Below the pieces are notes generated by a model, which did no database searches, was not told the origin of the DNA, and was given only the letters and a program-made list of their open reading frames with translations. A DNA stretch of 63,997 bases, counting the filler, from Octopus bimaculoides (Eukaryota), in the NCBI RefSeq assembly GCF_001194135.2. It is 8 parts of 7 records of this genome, joined end to end, with 100 filler letters (N's around TTAATTAATTAA, not from the genome) between each part and the next. Parts side by side here need not be neighbours in the genome. Positions count along the whole stretch, not along the records: positions 19,583 to 34,075 come from NC_069002.1; positions 34,176 to 40,488 come from NC_068999.1; 6 more parts are not named here. One strand, 5' to 3'. Below are positions 28,162 through 40,488 of this stretch, in pieces. Every line of letters starts with the position of its first letter. Positions within the stretch are counted from its first letter, which is position 1. A program made the translations under genes and the position numbers.

Positions 28162-28300
28162 TATAAATCGATTTTGCGCCTCTGTCGGTTATAAATATTC
28201 CGATTTTGCGCCTCTGTCGGTTATAAATATTCCAATTTTGCGCCTGTGTTGGCTATAAATATTCCGTTTTTACGCCTGTGCTGGTTATAAATATTCTGAT
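28162..28300 (+). repeat. 32-bp minisatellite, ~4.4 units
   Basis: Unit tataaatattccgattttgcgcctctgtcggt, contiguous, no spacers. Confidence 0.9.
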
Positions 28301-28491
28301 CGTTTTGTCAGTGAAACTACCTACCAATAGAAATAGCAGAGTAGCTATTCCGCAGTCATTCAATTGTAACCTTAATGTAATCTATAGGAGGACTCAATGT
28401 ATCTTTGCGTAAAAGACTGGTCTTCCAGTTCCAGATGCACTCCATCCGAAACCCTTCCACGTTTCCTGCATTTCCATTGTTGTTTATTCAC

Positions 28492-28598
28492 CAGGCTTTG
28501 TTGAAGCCGACATGTTCTTGAACTCTCAGCCAGAGACTTCGGCTGCGTTTCCAAATCCAGGACTTCTTGCTTGTTTAGAGAACTCATTAAAAATTCTA
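28492..28598 (-). other. Candidate 104/107-nt exon on the NOL4 strand (unverified), after a 62-nt intron
   Basis: T-rich tract plus a tandem TAGTAG acceptor, and donor CTG|gtgaat. Frame reads (V)EFLMSSLNKQEVLDLETQPKSLAESSRTCRLQQSL. No recognisable homology. Confidence 0.22.
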
Positions 28599-28660
28599 CT
28601 ATACCGACAATAAAAATAAAAAATACAATAAAGAAAGCAAACACTTAAGTGAAAAATTAC

Positions 28661-28697
28661 CTGAAAATGTTTCCACTGGAGTTACCCACAAGTATCT
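28661..28697 (-). other. Candidate 37-nt exon on the NOL4 strand (unverified)
   Basis: Acceptor ctttttcgttcttctatgtttag and donor CAG|gtaatt. Phase-0 frame reads RYLWVTPVETFS. No recognisable homology. Confidence 0.25.
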
Positions 28698-30093
28698 CTA
28701 AACATAGAAGAACGAAAAAGACAGTGTAGCAAGCTTGTCCGGACTGTCATACTGCATGTCGAAGCGTTAAACTCTCGGTGCCAAGTCTCATATGTGTCTT
28801 AGGTCTGTTCACATAAGATGAACGGCTTCTAACTAATGGAATGCAAGAATTCTGTTTGTTCATTCAAATAGTAATACTTAATTTAATATTACCCCAAAAT
28901 ATATTTTTTGATTTCTTAATATTAATAGATAAACTGGGATTAAACGATTAATATGGGGTTTTTTATCATATTTTAGCGGAGTAGTTTTGAGCAAGGTTAA
29001 GATTCTAAAAATATTTTCGAACACTTTAAATGTAAATGACTGACATGGCTTGCATAAAGCATGGAAATATTTTTCCGAAGAAGTCAACAAGTTAGTTTTA
29101 GATTCGTTGATAATAGGAATCTCATTTTCTGAATGTTCACATGATATATATTCGCAACATCTTGAAAACAAAATGTCGGAACAAACATTTTGTTGAAGAC
29201 GCCGTGTGCAATTTGGCGGCGACAGTAACGACTATATCTTCAAGACATTTTTCTTACCATATTTCATTCGAAATAGACCGATTTTGTTTCTAGTAATTTT
29301 TAAAATAATAAAGAATTTAGTAACATAACTTTGTCTTTATTAAGATGGTGTTTGGAATGTAAATTAACAAGGAACTTTAATACATGGTTTTAATATATAC
29401 CACTTTACTCTTTTCTTACCTTATTACTGTGTTTCGATTACTTTTTGAAAAAAGTGAAGAATTTAGTAAAATCCATTTGCCATTATAAAACTGGTATTTG
29501 GAATATAATGTAGCACGAAATTATGATGGAAGGTTTTAACTTAGATCACTTTAAAAGAGTAAGTTTGTATCACAGAACCAGACGCGGCCCCATATACAGT
29601 CAGTGGCAAGAGCATTTCCACTGTATGATGGCATCAGGTAACCAATAACAGTGGACAAGCCTTGCGTAGCATAGTACAAGTTTTTACCGAAATCTTATTT
29701 AACTACACACACACATACACACATATATATGTAAACATGTACATTCATGTATCTGTATGTATATCCACACGTGCATATATANNNNNNNNNNNNNNNNNNN
29801 NNNNNNNNNNNNNNNNNNNNNNNNNNNNNNNNNNNNNNNNNNNNNNNNNNNNNNNNNNNNNNNNNNNNNNNNNNNNNNNNNNNNNNNNNNNNNNNNNNNN
29901 NNNNNNNNNNNNNNNNNNNNNNNNNNNNNNNNNNNNNNNNNNNNNNNNNNNNNNNNNNNNNNNNNNNNNNNNNNNNNNNNNNNNATATAATATATACGTG
30001 TCTATATATATACCCAGAACTAATTGAAATTTCAAACTGTCGTTCATATTTCTCGATTACTAAATAAACAAACATTGCATTGTGTGTGCGCGC

Positions 30094-30132
<39 letters not shown>

Positions 30133-30226
30133 TGTTTGTGTGTGTGTGTGTGTGAGTGTGTGTGTGAGTGTGCACGCGTGTGTGTGTGTGTGTGAGAGAG
30201 AGAGAAAGAGAGAGACAGAGAGAGAC

Positions 30227-30257
<31 letters not shown>

Positions 30258-30789
30258 GAAATCAGATATTTTCATATTCCAGAATATTCCAGATTCTGAG
30301 CAGCCATTCAGTCAATGATTAATACATGTTTGAAAACATGATACAAACGACAATTCAATTTCAAACAGTAACATACTCATAGCCCACTTGAAAGTTCTAT
30401 GTGATTGTAAACACTGAACGCGAACGAGTTGTCATCCATATATTCCTGTATTTCTCTACACTTTCAAATAGCAAAACTGTTATTAAATCTTGTTATTTTC
30501 TTTCTGAAATAATTTTACGTAAGAAAGAAATCAACACTGTGTAAATATTTCCATATATTTCAATACATGTATATTGCTTTTAATATGAGTTACATAAGCA
30601 ATGCGTCAACCAAAAATCAATATCTATTTGACAATATTTTTAATAAATAAATATTTCTAATAAATATGATTGAATAACATTAGAATTTTAAAATACAATG
30701 TTACATAGCTTTTCTAAATTTAGGACTGCACACTTTATTAAGCAAGCAGGAAGAGATAGATAGAGAGATAGAGAGATAGATATAATTGT

Positions 30790-31020
30790 ATATGGGCAAA
30801 GACCCCCTTCGGTCGCAAATAAATGTGGAATTGCGCCGAGAAAGTTCCCCTCCATGGCACAAGTCCGCGCAAGGTTGTTCGTGGGAGACCAGTAGTCATC
30901 CATGCATACTAGTCTCCATGTCACCGATGTTGCCCAAGGGAAAGGCAAAAGCTGAGTGAACTGGAGCAATATGAAACACACAGCTCGATCTGGAAAGCGA
31001 ACTCATAACCGCATGATTGT
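30790..31020 (-). mobile_element. SINE family C with a different 3' tail
   Basis: Minus strand gtttcatattgctccagttcactcagcttttgcctttcccttgggcaacatcgg...gaccgaagggggtctttgccc. Confidence 0.65.
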
Positions 31021-31058
31021 AAACACGATGTTCTAATCACTGATCCAGACGCCTTCAT

Positions 31059-31143
<85 letters not shown>

Positions 31144-32079
31144 CACATACACACACATAGATATATATGTTTTATATTTACATATAATATATAATATAAT
31201 ATTATATATACACAGATACACACACATATCTATGAAGGTGTTGCAGTCTGTTTGAGGCATACAGGTTTACGTAACAAGCATTGATTTAGAAAGACACAGC
31301 TGCGCATTGGGGGAAGTTACATAGAAATATGAACAAAAATTAAACATTCTATTAAAACAATAATATTTCTAATAATGTTTCTTGAAATATTTTATAAAAT
31401 GTAAAGACTTCATTTATCTTAAAATATATAATAATAAATTAATATTTCTGTGGAAAAAATTTTTCAGGAGAGAAGAAAATTGTAAAAAAAAAAAGAAAAA
31501 AGTAACATCCTGGAGCGTTTCAAGTTTGGAAGGAATCGTAAAACCGCATATTATTAAAATACGAAAAAAATCGAATCCCAGATCGTATCTTAAGGGCTAG
31601 TTTTTGGTTTGTGTTAATTTTGAGTTCTTTTGCTATGAATTTATTATTTGGTAGATAAGATGAAGGCAGCGTGTGCATGAGACGAGAGGGAAACAAAAAA
31701 TTGTGTTGTGGAACCCCCGGTGAGAGTGGGTAGGTGAGCCAAAAGATTTCGCTCAGTTTTTGTTCGTTGTTGAGGCTTATATGTATGTGTGTGTGTGTGT
31801 GTGCGTGCGTGAGTACACGTGTATAAACAAAACTTTAGGTTAGTTAAAATATGTTTGTATATACATATATATACCTACACACACACACGTGTTTGTGGGG
31901 TGTAAACGTACAGATATGTACACATATATATATATACACATATCCAGCGATAGAGCCTAACGGAGAACCTACTGAAATAATCACCTAAAAAAGAGCATAC
32001 GTGTGAATGACATGTGTGAGTCCAAACGTACCACACGCATATTTGAACTGGTTATAACATTACATTTATACACTTCACT

Positions 32080-33667
32080 GCTTCGTGCTCCCCTCCGCAA
32101 TTTGCTTACGGTGGACTGTAACTTCTAAAGGCAAATTCACTGCAGCGACCGTGCGCTACCTTAATGCGGTACGAAGCGGTGACAGGAACAAAGATTAACT
32201 AGAATTCGGTGGGGCTGCAGCAGGCCCACTTGGAAGACAGATACATATCGTCCGACAGCGTCGCAGAGCACTGGACATGAGGATTAGTTAAACTGCTTGT
32301 GGTCTGGTTTGGTCCTGACCCGAAGGTTTACAAAAACTAGGAGAGGTGACTAGCAGAGTGGCCAGTCTCATCCAGAAACAAGCAAAGAGGAAGCTGTCCC
32401 TGGAAGGTCGGGTGGAGGTGACGAATGCGTACATCGCATCCGTCATCTACTACCGCCAGACGTCACTCCTTGCTCTGATTAGTAGCTGCTCAAGCTGCAG
32501 CGCTTGCTCTTCCTTTTTCTGTGGAAAGGCGAGTACCGCTCGTCAGACGGTCTATCTGCTCTTGGCAGCCGATGAGTGTAGAACTGGGCATGTTGTGACT
32601 AATGATGCACACATATGCATTGAAGCGGCGACAACTCACGCATTTCTTTATAGGTAAACAGCTGTTGTTGACATTTGTCAGGCATGATGTTCCGCAGCTC
32701 GTCTCACTGACGGAGAAAGAGCGCTTGGCACCCGATGTGTCGGCAAGCGCTCGCAGTCTTTAGCCAGTTAGGCAATGCTGTCAGTGTAAGTTCCACACTG
32801 GAGTTTTATAGGGGATTAGTGGCGGGAAAGAGCGACGACGTTCTTGAGGAAACTCTGGGTGTCGGCAGAAATCAATTAGTTGGTTTATTCCAGAGGACTT
32901 TTGGGCCGGGGCCTATGGATAATTTCCAGAAATCCTTGGATGGCAATGCTACCGGGGAGCTCTGCTGGTTCGAGGCAAGCTCTACAGACACAGAAGCGCT
33001 GTCAGATAGACCTGCCCTAGATGTGAGCGATGAAACCGTTCTGCATTCATCCAGTGTTCGAACATTGCTGACTTATGCTGCTTTTTCAAACAGATGTTGA
33101 CGCAAGTAGGACGGACCCGATTATCGGCCGAGTCCATCGTGAAGATCACCTCACCACCTTCTTATGGCCATGAAGAGAAGGCATTTCTACTCTGCCTGGT
33201 GGCTGTGGCGAAAGAAGTAATGTGGTGGACGAGGTTGAATGGACTGAAGACAGATACCTTCCTTTTCGGTCAGGCCAGCATCTACCCTTTCAAGTTCCAC
33301 TTGAAAAGGGCAGTGAGGGAGGAGAGGGATGAGTTGCCCTCCCGCTTCCAATATTTTTGTTGTAAGGTGAGTTGATATAACGATGATGCACCTGCTGGCC
33401 GGAGAGAATGGAGAGAAAAAGAGACCCGCCCGAGGTGCCCTTGACGTTCGAGGTGCCCTTGGCGTTCGGGGTGTCCAGGGTGTCTTGGGGCCTTGGTTGC
33501 CCCAGGTGGAAATTCCCATTCTTTTCGGGAGTTTCATTGTTCGAATATTTTTTTATTAGTTGCTATTGCTTTTTTACTCTTAACATGCAACATTTGTAAA
33601 TACTCACTATCGTTTATGCTGTAGCGTCCTGTTTTCGTGTACGGCCCTTGTGATCAATAAAGAAAGA
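32080..33667 (+). mobile_element. 5'-truncated, decayed Tx1/L1-clade non-LTR retrotransposon (RT C-terminus plus 3' UTR)
   Basis: Broken frames read YEAVTGTKIN, VKLLVVWFGPD and KRKLSLEGRVEVTNAYIASVIYY, typical of the L1/Tx1 post-RT region. GC-richer than flanks; ends in aataaa followed by (ATT)n. Stops and frameshifts present. Confidence 0.8.
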
Positions 33668-33711
33668 ATTATTATTATTATTGTTATTATTATTGTTATT
33701 ATTATTATTAT

Positions 33712-34075
33712 TCAGTAGTTTTATTTTTATAACGTGCTTTCACTTCACTACCGAGCGCAGCTCTGTGCGCCTTGGGTATGTGCTGTGGTTTGCTGTGATG
33801 CTCTTATGTTTACTGTATTGAAAGTGTTTTGCGTAGAATGTGTGCAGTACCCAGTAGTGCAATTTTCTGTATGTTATATATATTTGTAAGTCCTGGTGTT
33901 TTTGTTATGTATTTGTCTGAATATTTTTTTATTATACCTAAGGCACCTACTATGATAGGAATTGTTTCTGTTTTTAGATTCCACATTCGATTTATCTCTA
34001 TTTCCAGGTCTTTGTATTTTGAAAGTTTTTCCATTTCTTTTAGAGAAACGTTGTCATCTGCTGGTATTGATACAT
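33712..34075 (-). mobile_element. 3' end of an REL-endonuclease LINE (R4/Dong-like), cut off by a gap
   Basis: ORF 33810..34034 EKLSKYKDLEIEINRMW...IPIIVGALG...QKIALLGTAHILRKTL is an intact REL C-terminus; short 3' UTR then (TAA)n tail. Confidence 0.85.
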
Positions 34076-34679
34076 NNNNNNNNNNNNNNNNNNNNNNNNN
34101 NNNNNNNNNNNNNNNNNNNTTAATTAATTAANNNNNNNNNNNNNNNNNNNNNNNNNNNNNNNNNNNNNNNNNNNNTTTCGAGTACTTTTCTGTTGATATA
34201 ATCTTTTCTTTTAATTGTCTTTTTGTTAATAATTTAATTCCAGGTTTGGCAATTCTTTCCTCTCGTTTCTCTTTTATACGTTCCATTTCCATTTTTTTTT
34301 GTGGGGGGGTTTTCATCTTTTGATATTTCGGTAGATACATATTTGAAGGAGTCCCTGCCTGTTATTGTAACCACAGGAGCTTTTGCACAAATTATTTCAT
34401 TTTACACATGTCATACAATTAAGGATAATAACTAGATTTATGTTTTATAACTGTTGCTGCAATTTCATAACAAACTCTTACACTTGCGAAGTGGTGTCGT
34501 TAGCCATAAGAAAATCATCAAGCAATTAAAATTCTATAAGTATTTCTACATTTAAAATATTGTCATATTTGTAATTGCTATCAATAGAATTTTCTATTCT
34601 TCAAATCTTTCTCATAATCTCATAATCCTTTTTACTTAATTTTTCATTATTTAGTTCAAATCGAGCACAGTAGTAATTT

Positions 34680-34795
34680 TTTTTTTAAGTCTGGCACTTA
34701 TTTTATCGGTTTCTGTTGCTGAACCGTTAAGTTTCGGGGATGTCAACATACTAGCACCGGTTGTCTAGTGGTGGTATGCGACAAACACACGCATA
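34680..34795 (-). mobile_element. SINE family A internal fragment
   Basis: ggcacttattttatcggtttctgttgctgaaccgttaagtttcggggatgtcaac. Confidence 0.75.
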
Positions 34796-34842
34796 CATCC
34801 ACACGCTCGCACGCACACACACACACACTCATATATATATAT

Positions 34843-35046
34843 TCTTTTCAACTCTAGGCACAAGACACGAAATTTTGGGGGAGTGACCCAGTGGATTAGA
34901 TCGACCCTAGTACACAAATGGTACTTAATTTATCGACCCCGAAAGGCAAAGTCGACCTCGGCGGAATTTGAACTCAGAACGTAAACACAGACGAAATACC
35001 GCAAACCATTTCGCCCGGCGTGCTAACGTTTCCGCCAGCTCGCCTT
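34843..35046 (-). mobile_element. SINE family B, near full length
   Basis: Minus-strand head aaggcgagctggcggaaacgttagc (A box-like) and gagttcaaattcc (B box-like), plus family core and tail. Confidence 0.88.
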
Positions 35047-35069
35047 ATATATATAAATATATATATATA

Positions 35070-35266
35070 TTCGCAATTTAGAAACGATAGGCAACAAGTA
35101 CAGTAGTCACTACAGTGACGGCTGGTGCTTATAAACACTAGTATTGCTTGAAATAAAAGTCAAAATAACTCTGTCCTTACGTGGTTACGAGTTACTTTGA
35201 CTCTTATATCTAGCAATGCTGGTGCTTACCAACACCCTTTGTCACTCTGGTCACGACTGTATTTGT
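35070..35266. mobile_element. Short palindromic member of the same fold-back family
   Basis: ...gtattgcttgaaataaaagtcaaaataactc [18 nt] gagttactttgactcttatatctagcaatgctggtg... Confidence 0.65.
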
Positions 35267-35934
35267 ATGTGTATATATATATGTATATATGTATANNNNN
35301 NNNNNNNNNNNNNNNNNNNNNNNNNNNNNNNNNNNNNNNNNNNNNNNNNNNNNNNNNNNNNNNNNNNNNNNNNNNNNNNNNNNNNNNNNNNNNNNNNNNN
35401 NNNNNNNNNNNNNNNNNNNNNNNNNNNNNNNNNNNNNNNNNNNNNNNNNNNNNNNNNNNNNNNNNNNNNNNNNNNNNNNNNNNNNNNNNNNNNNNNNNNN
35501 NNNNNNNNNNNNNNNNNNNNNNNNNNNNNNNNNNNNNNNNNNNNNNNNNNNNNNNNNNNNNNNNNNNNNNNNNNNNNNNNNNNNNNNNNNNNNNNNNNNN
35601 NNNNNNNNNNNNNNNNNNNNNNNNNNNNNNNNNNNNNNNNNNNNNNNNNNNNNNNNNNNNNNNNNNNNNNNNNNNNNNNNNNNNNNNNNNNNNNNNNNNN
35701 NNNNNNNNNNNNNNNNNNNNNNNNNNNNNNNNNNNNNNNNNNNNNNNNNNNNNNNNNNNNNNNNNNNNNNNNNNNNNNNNNNNNNNNNNNNNNNNNNNNN
35801 NNNNNNNNNNNNNNNNNNNNNNNNNNNNNNNNNNNNNNNNNNNNNNNNNNNNNNNNNNNNNNNNNNNNNNNNNNNNNNNNNNNNNNNNNNNNNNNNNNNN
35901 NNNNNNNNNNATATATATATATATATATATACTT

Positions 35935-36085
35935 CTACAGTGAGTTTCTTGCAGTTTTCGTCCACCAAATCCACTCAGAAAGGTTTGCTCAGCACGCGGT
36001 TATAGTAGAAGACACTCGTCCAAGGTATGACGCAATGGGACTGAACCCGAAACCTTGTGGTTGGTAAACAAACTTCTTATTGCAC
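35935..36085 (-). mobile_element. SINE family A 5' fragment
   Basis: cagttttcgtccaccaaatccactcagaaagg...ggactgaacccgaaacc. Confidence 0.75.
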
Positions 36086-36264
36086 AGCTTTAAAATATGT
36101 ATCAGGCTTTACATTATGTACTATATTCAATAATGTGTAAAAGCATTTTCGGTGGTGAAAAATACGGCTGATGGCTAATGCCTGAAATTCGGTTACCTCT
36201 TCAGAGGAACTTGGGGAGGAGACAACTTACGGCTGATGAACAACAAAAGTTAATACATAACTGC

Positions 36265-36440
36265 TTGCAAGCTGGCGAGCTGGAAGAGTCGTTAGAATTC
36301 CGGACATAATTGCGCCGGCTCGATTTTACCTTTCATCTCTTTGGAGGTTTGATAAAGTATGCACCAGTTGAGCACTGGAATTGAGGTAGTCGACTTACTT
36401 CCTCACCCAAAATTGCTGGCCTTGCGCCAAAACTTGAAAC
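36265..36440 (+). mobile_element. SINE family B, degenerate
   Basis: ggcgagctggaagagtcgttag head; tcgattttacctttcatc; cccaaaattgctggccttgcgccaaaacttgaaacc tail. Confidence 0.7.
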
Positions 36441-36834
36441 CAGCATATAACTATTTGTGGCGGATATGGTATTAATGGTTATACTTTGGATATTGTTGGC
36501 GATGGGATAAAGAGAACGCGCAAGTAAAAGTAGAATAGAAGAGTGAGTAGAAGATGACAGATAGACAGGTAGAATATGTACATTGGTATTATGATAAGGC
36601 GTGACAGTGCTTTTGATGGTGGTGGTAGAATATAAAAACAGCAAGGTGTTATGATAATGATAGTAATGTAGAAGTTGACGATGAGGATAAGTATTGAAGT
36701 ATGGTCTAGCTAGAAAACAGAGATAGGTTGCGTGATTATATTTTTCCTGTAGTAGCAATCAAGTAGATTGGACAGACCAGACACCCATTTACTTCCACAT
36801 ATAATATTCATATAGTTCAAAATTATAGATAAAA

Positions 36835-37240
36835 AAAGAACAAAAGACAAAGCAAGTGAGGGAACAACACATACGACTTATCAGTTTGACGATCAAGAAA
36901 ACTGAAAGAAGACTTTGACGTTTTGAGCCCATGCCCTATTCCAGACAGGAATGAAAAGAGAAAACAGATTAAGAGAATGGAAAAAAACAGAGAGAAAAAA
37001 ATCGTGTCTGGATTAAGTCTTGCACGTGTTGAATTTAATCAACCGTTAATCCAGATAGGTTTTTTTTTCTCTCCACTTTTTCCATCTCCCCATTTGTTTT
37101 CTCTCCTTATTCCTTATAGTAGAAGTGCGTAGGCTCGAAACGTCAGAGACTTCATCCATTTTTTCTAAGCGTCAAACTAATACACCCTGTTTATTATTCC
37201 CTCAGCTGCCTGTGTCTTTTGTTGTTGTTGTTTTTTTTTG
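36835..37240. mobile_element. Inverted pair of Penelope-like terminal-repeat fragments with hammerhead-like remnants
   Basis: Arms ~36835-37013 and ~37048-37240 are diverged reverse complements; each carries G(A/G/T)GC-N4-GCTC-(G/A)AAAC-GTC; a third fragment lies at ~41505-41580. Confidence 0.5.
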
Positions 37241-38779
37241 TAATATTTTGAACCATATATAATATACGCTCAAGTGGTCATCCCATTTTGATCTTGCTTG
37301 ACTGAAGTCTCTCATACTCTCAGCTCCTCCCTATCTAGTTCTCGGCTTTTTGCCACATCTCCTAAACCACTTTACCACCACTCACACAGATTACCATTGA
37401 AACCTTATACTTCTCGGACCCTGCTAGCATATATCTTACTATACACTGTTGTTGATATAATATTCATATACGTACATATGTCTAAATAACAAAAGCTCAA
37501 TGTTACTTCTGACGATACTCAAATACGTTCTCCCATGCAAAGAGGACCACTAGTCACTCCTCGATACCCTTTTGTGAACAGGGCTAACCTACGTTCCTCA
37601 CATCAAGCAAGAATGACTTCTGTAAATATCATACAGAATCATAATGATAAAGCTCTTATAATTATAAATTAAAGTACGGAGTATACGACTTCAAAGTGAA
37701 ATTACCAACACATATTCAAATTATATTTAAACACTTTCCTCCCAACATCCTCTTCCTACTGATTTGTCTACATTTCCTTAAAATCGGCTTAATATTATTT
37801 ATTGATCGCATTCATTAATTTCATAAGTCTTAACACTTAATGGCAGTTTGTCCACTCAATAAACGATTAACCCTTTGTGATCATATTCTCATGAGGCTTG
37901 TTTACCTGTTCAGGACATCTTGGTTCATTGTGGTGAATAGAATTAACGAAGCTTTACACAAGAGATGCGACAAAATGTAAGCAGCTTTTGTTAACTTTGA
38001 ACTGTGACCAGGCAAAATTAACCGACTCGCCATCTGCACGAAAAATAACAGTCGAGTTTGTACTGCTATGCATGATATAGTGAAGGGGAAACGTAATTAA
38101 TAATACCTATACGATAGAGAGAAGAAATCATTTGATTAATGGTTTAAATGAACTCAAACAATTTTCCTTTACCGCATAAAAACCATTAACCAGATTTTCT
38201 ACACTAAATTAGGTGTGCTGCCACTCTGATTTGAACTTATGAATGTGCATAAAAGATACTTTATTCAGTCAATTATATCGTCTCTCTTGAATTCTTTACT
38301 GAAGTTAGTGTCACCATATATAAAGAAGAGTGTATTCGAAAGTAAACCAGTCTCATAAAATAATAATTTGATGTGCATAAAAAATATAGTATTAGAGACT
38401 AGTATTATATAGAGTTTTTTCGGTAAACTTGGGATACAGCATCGACCATGCTTCGGTCTTATAATCTCATCTGCGAATTAGCGATGTAAGAATAACAAAC
38501 TAAATGCACAAGACTGTACACTGGTTGGCACATAAAAATAGACGATTTCTGAGAATAAATAACCAAAAGTCGCCACCAACATTTTTCATCAAGAGTTAAA
38601 TTATTGTTAAATATAATTTATTGCTGGTTTTGTGTTAGACGGAATGACAGAAACAGAAGGAATTTTCTCGCAACCAGTTATCCGAGAAGAAATTAATGAA
38701 TCACTTATTTTGCTAATTGTAATGTCTCTTGTCTGAGAATGACGATTCTGCAATTTGTTGCTGGACTGCCTGCACATAT

Positions 38780-39012
38780 GATTTGTTCATAGTGAGCAGG
38801 TGTTCGTGCTCGCATTAGCTCGCTCCTTCCATCAAATCGCCATTATCTGTAAAGTTGCACAGTGTGTTATACGTCAGATGTCTAAGTGAACGCAGAGAAG
38901 CGTGAGGTGAAGTGTTTTATTCAAAGACACAATGCGCCACCCGGTCCGGGAATCGAATCCACGATCTCACGATCGTGACTGCAGCACCGTAACCCATTTG
39001 CCGTACGCCTTC
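38780..39012 (-). mobile_element. SINE family C, degenerate
   Basis: Minus-strand head gatcgtgagatcgtggattcgattcccggaccggg...tgtgtctttgaataaaacacttcac. Confidence 0.7.
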
Positions 39013-40246
39013 ACATTACTTATTTTATTACTTATTTATATACCTTGTATTACTACAACTACATTCAGAATTAAGACAGTAAGGGTCATAAGAGTTCATG
39101 TTCATAAAACATTAGAATATTGATGTTGTTTTTCTTTAAACAGATACTCTAGGTTTGCTGAAATACAAGAAAAAAATAAAAGGCGATATTTTCATTTTCA
39201 CGTGACGCATTTGAACAGAAACTTAATCTCATGAACTTATTAGCCCCCACTCCTGCTAGAAGCAAGAAAAACACAAAGAAAATATAATTATTAAACATTG
39301 TTATTTGTTACTTTAATTTAACAAAAGTATGCTAACAGATTTTTGTCAGCAAATATTGAGTTCATATTGAGTTTGAGAAAAAGACAATCCCCCCACCAAT
39401 ACATAATGGCTTATCGTGCTTTTCCATCAGTGCTCCAGCCTTAATTTTGCACGCGTCGATTTTATTAGATAGAACTTAATATTGAAATGAAACCTTTACG
39501 AATTTTACAAAAGATCGTTATCTTCATCCGAAAGTGAGGGAAAGTGAAACATCGCTTAAATCTGTAGGAAGTTGTAAATTGACGTAAAGATATTCAAAGA
39601 TGTAATAAAAAAAATGTTACTGAGGTTAAATGAACATAATCTGGGTTTGGTTTTATTTAAGCAAGATTTCAAATCAGCTCAAAAAAAAACAATACAAATT
39701 GTGATTGATACGAAGAAACAGTTAAAGTAAGATAGAGTCACGCGATTTAGGTAAGGAAGTAGATTAGGAAATACATAAACATCTATATTGTTTTTGTTTC
39801 TTATTTTTCATTCTATTATCATATGTATTGTGTTTTTTTTTTATTAATATATATTTTATTCTTACTTTCTGTTTGCATCAGTTTACAAAACGAATTACAA
39901 ACATTGTTAGCTTCAGAGTTTTCACTCGTTTTTTATGGTTTCGTGCGCAGAGGAAACGTGGATTCCATGACCTTTTGCAATACCTGCATGAAATGGTGTT
40001 GGTGGAGGGGAAAAAGGAGGAAGAAACTAGGAAACGTGCATTTCTGTTATAGAAAGCAATGCATCGGGATATCGAATTACTCTGAGACAGCCACCCGAAT
40101 ACTCAAAACACACTAGAGTCCCAGTATAGGTACGCGGAGCTAATAGTGGGAGTGTTAAAATGGGTGATAGATTAAGTCCGTCCACCAACCTTAGTCGCAG
40201 TGTGCATACATACATACATACATACATACATACATACATACATACA

Positions 40247-40278
<32 letters not shown>

Positions 40279-40279
<1 letters not shown>

Positions 40280-40447
40280 GAGGCGCAGGAGTGGCTGTGT
40301 GGTAAGTAGTTTGCTTACGAACCGCATGGTTCCGGGTTCAGTCCCACTGCGTGGCACCTTGGGCGAGTGTCTTCTACTATAGCCTCGGGCCGACCAAAGC
40401 CTTGTGAGTGGATTTAGTAGACGGAAACTGAAAGAAGCCCGTCGTAT
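40279..40447 (+). mobile_element. SINE family A, 5' half
   Basis: A box-like tggctgtgtggtaag and B box-like gggttcagtccc; caccttgggcgagtgtcttctactatagc. Confidence 0.88.
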
Positions 40448-40450
40448 ATA

Positions 40451-40488
<38 letters not shown>

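Noticed and set aside
28162-28300. CRISPR-like appearance of the 32-bp repeats
   Set aside because: Units are contiguous with no spacers, there are no cas genes, and the context is eukaryotic.
35197-36067. Long ORFs spanning X-runs (also 43420-44142, 52290-53231, 55162-57226, 59936-60760)
   Set aside because: Open only because they read through N-gaps.
38425-38490. Further hammerhead-like remnants (minus cagatga-gatt-ataa-gacc-gaagc-atggtc; also ~19420-19450 and ~24850-24880)
   Set aside because: Core nucleotides and stems are too mutated to support a call.
40279-40360. tRNA-like sequences with A and B boxes (SINE heads)
   Set aside because: They continue into SINE bodies and I could not identify a complete cloverleaf, so they were not called as tRNA genes.
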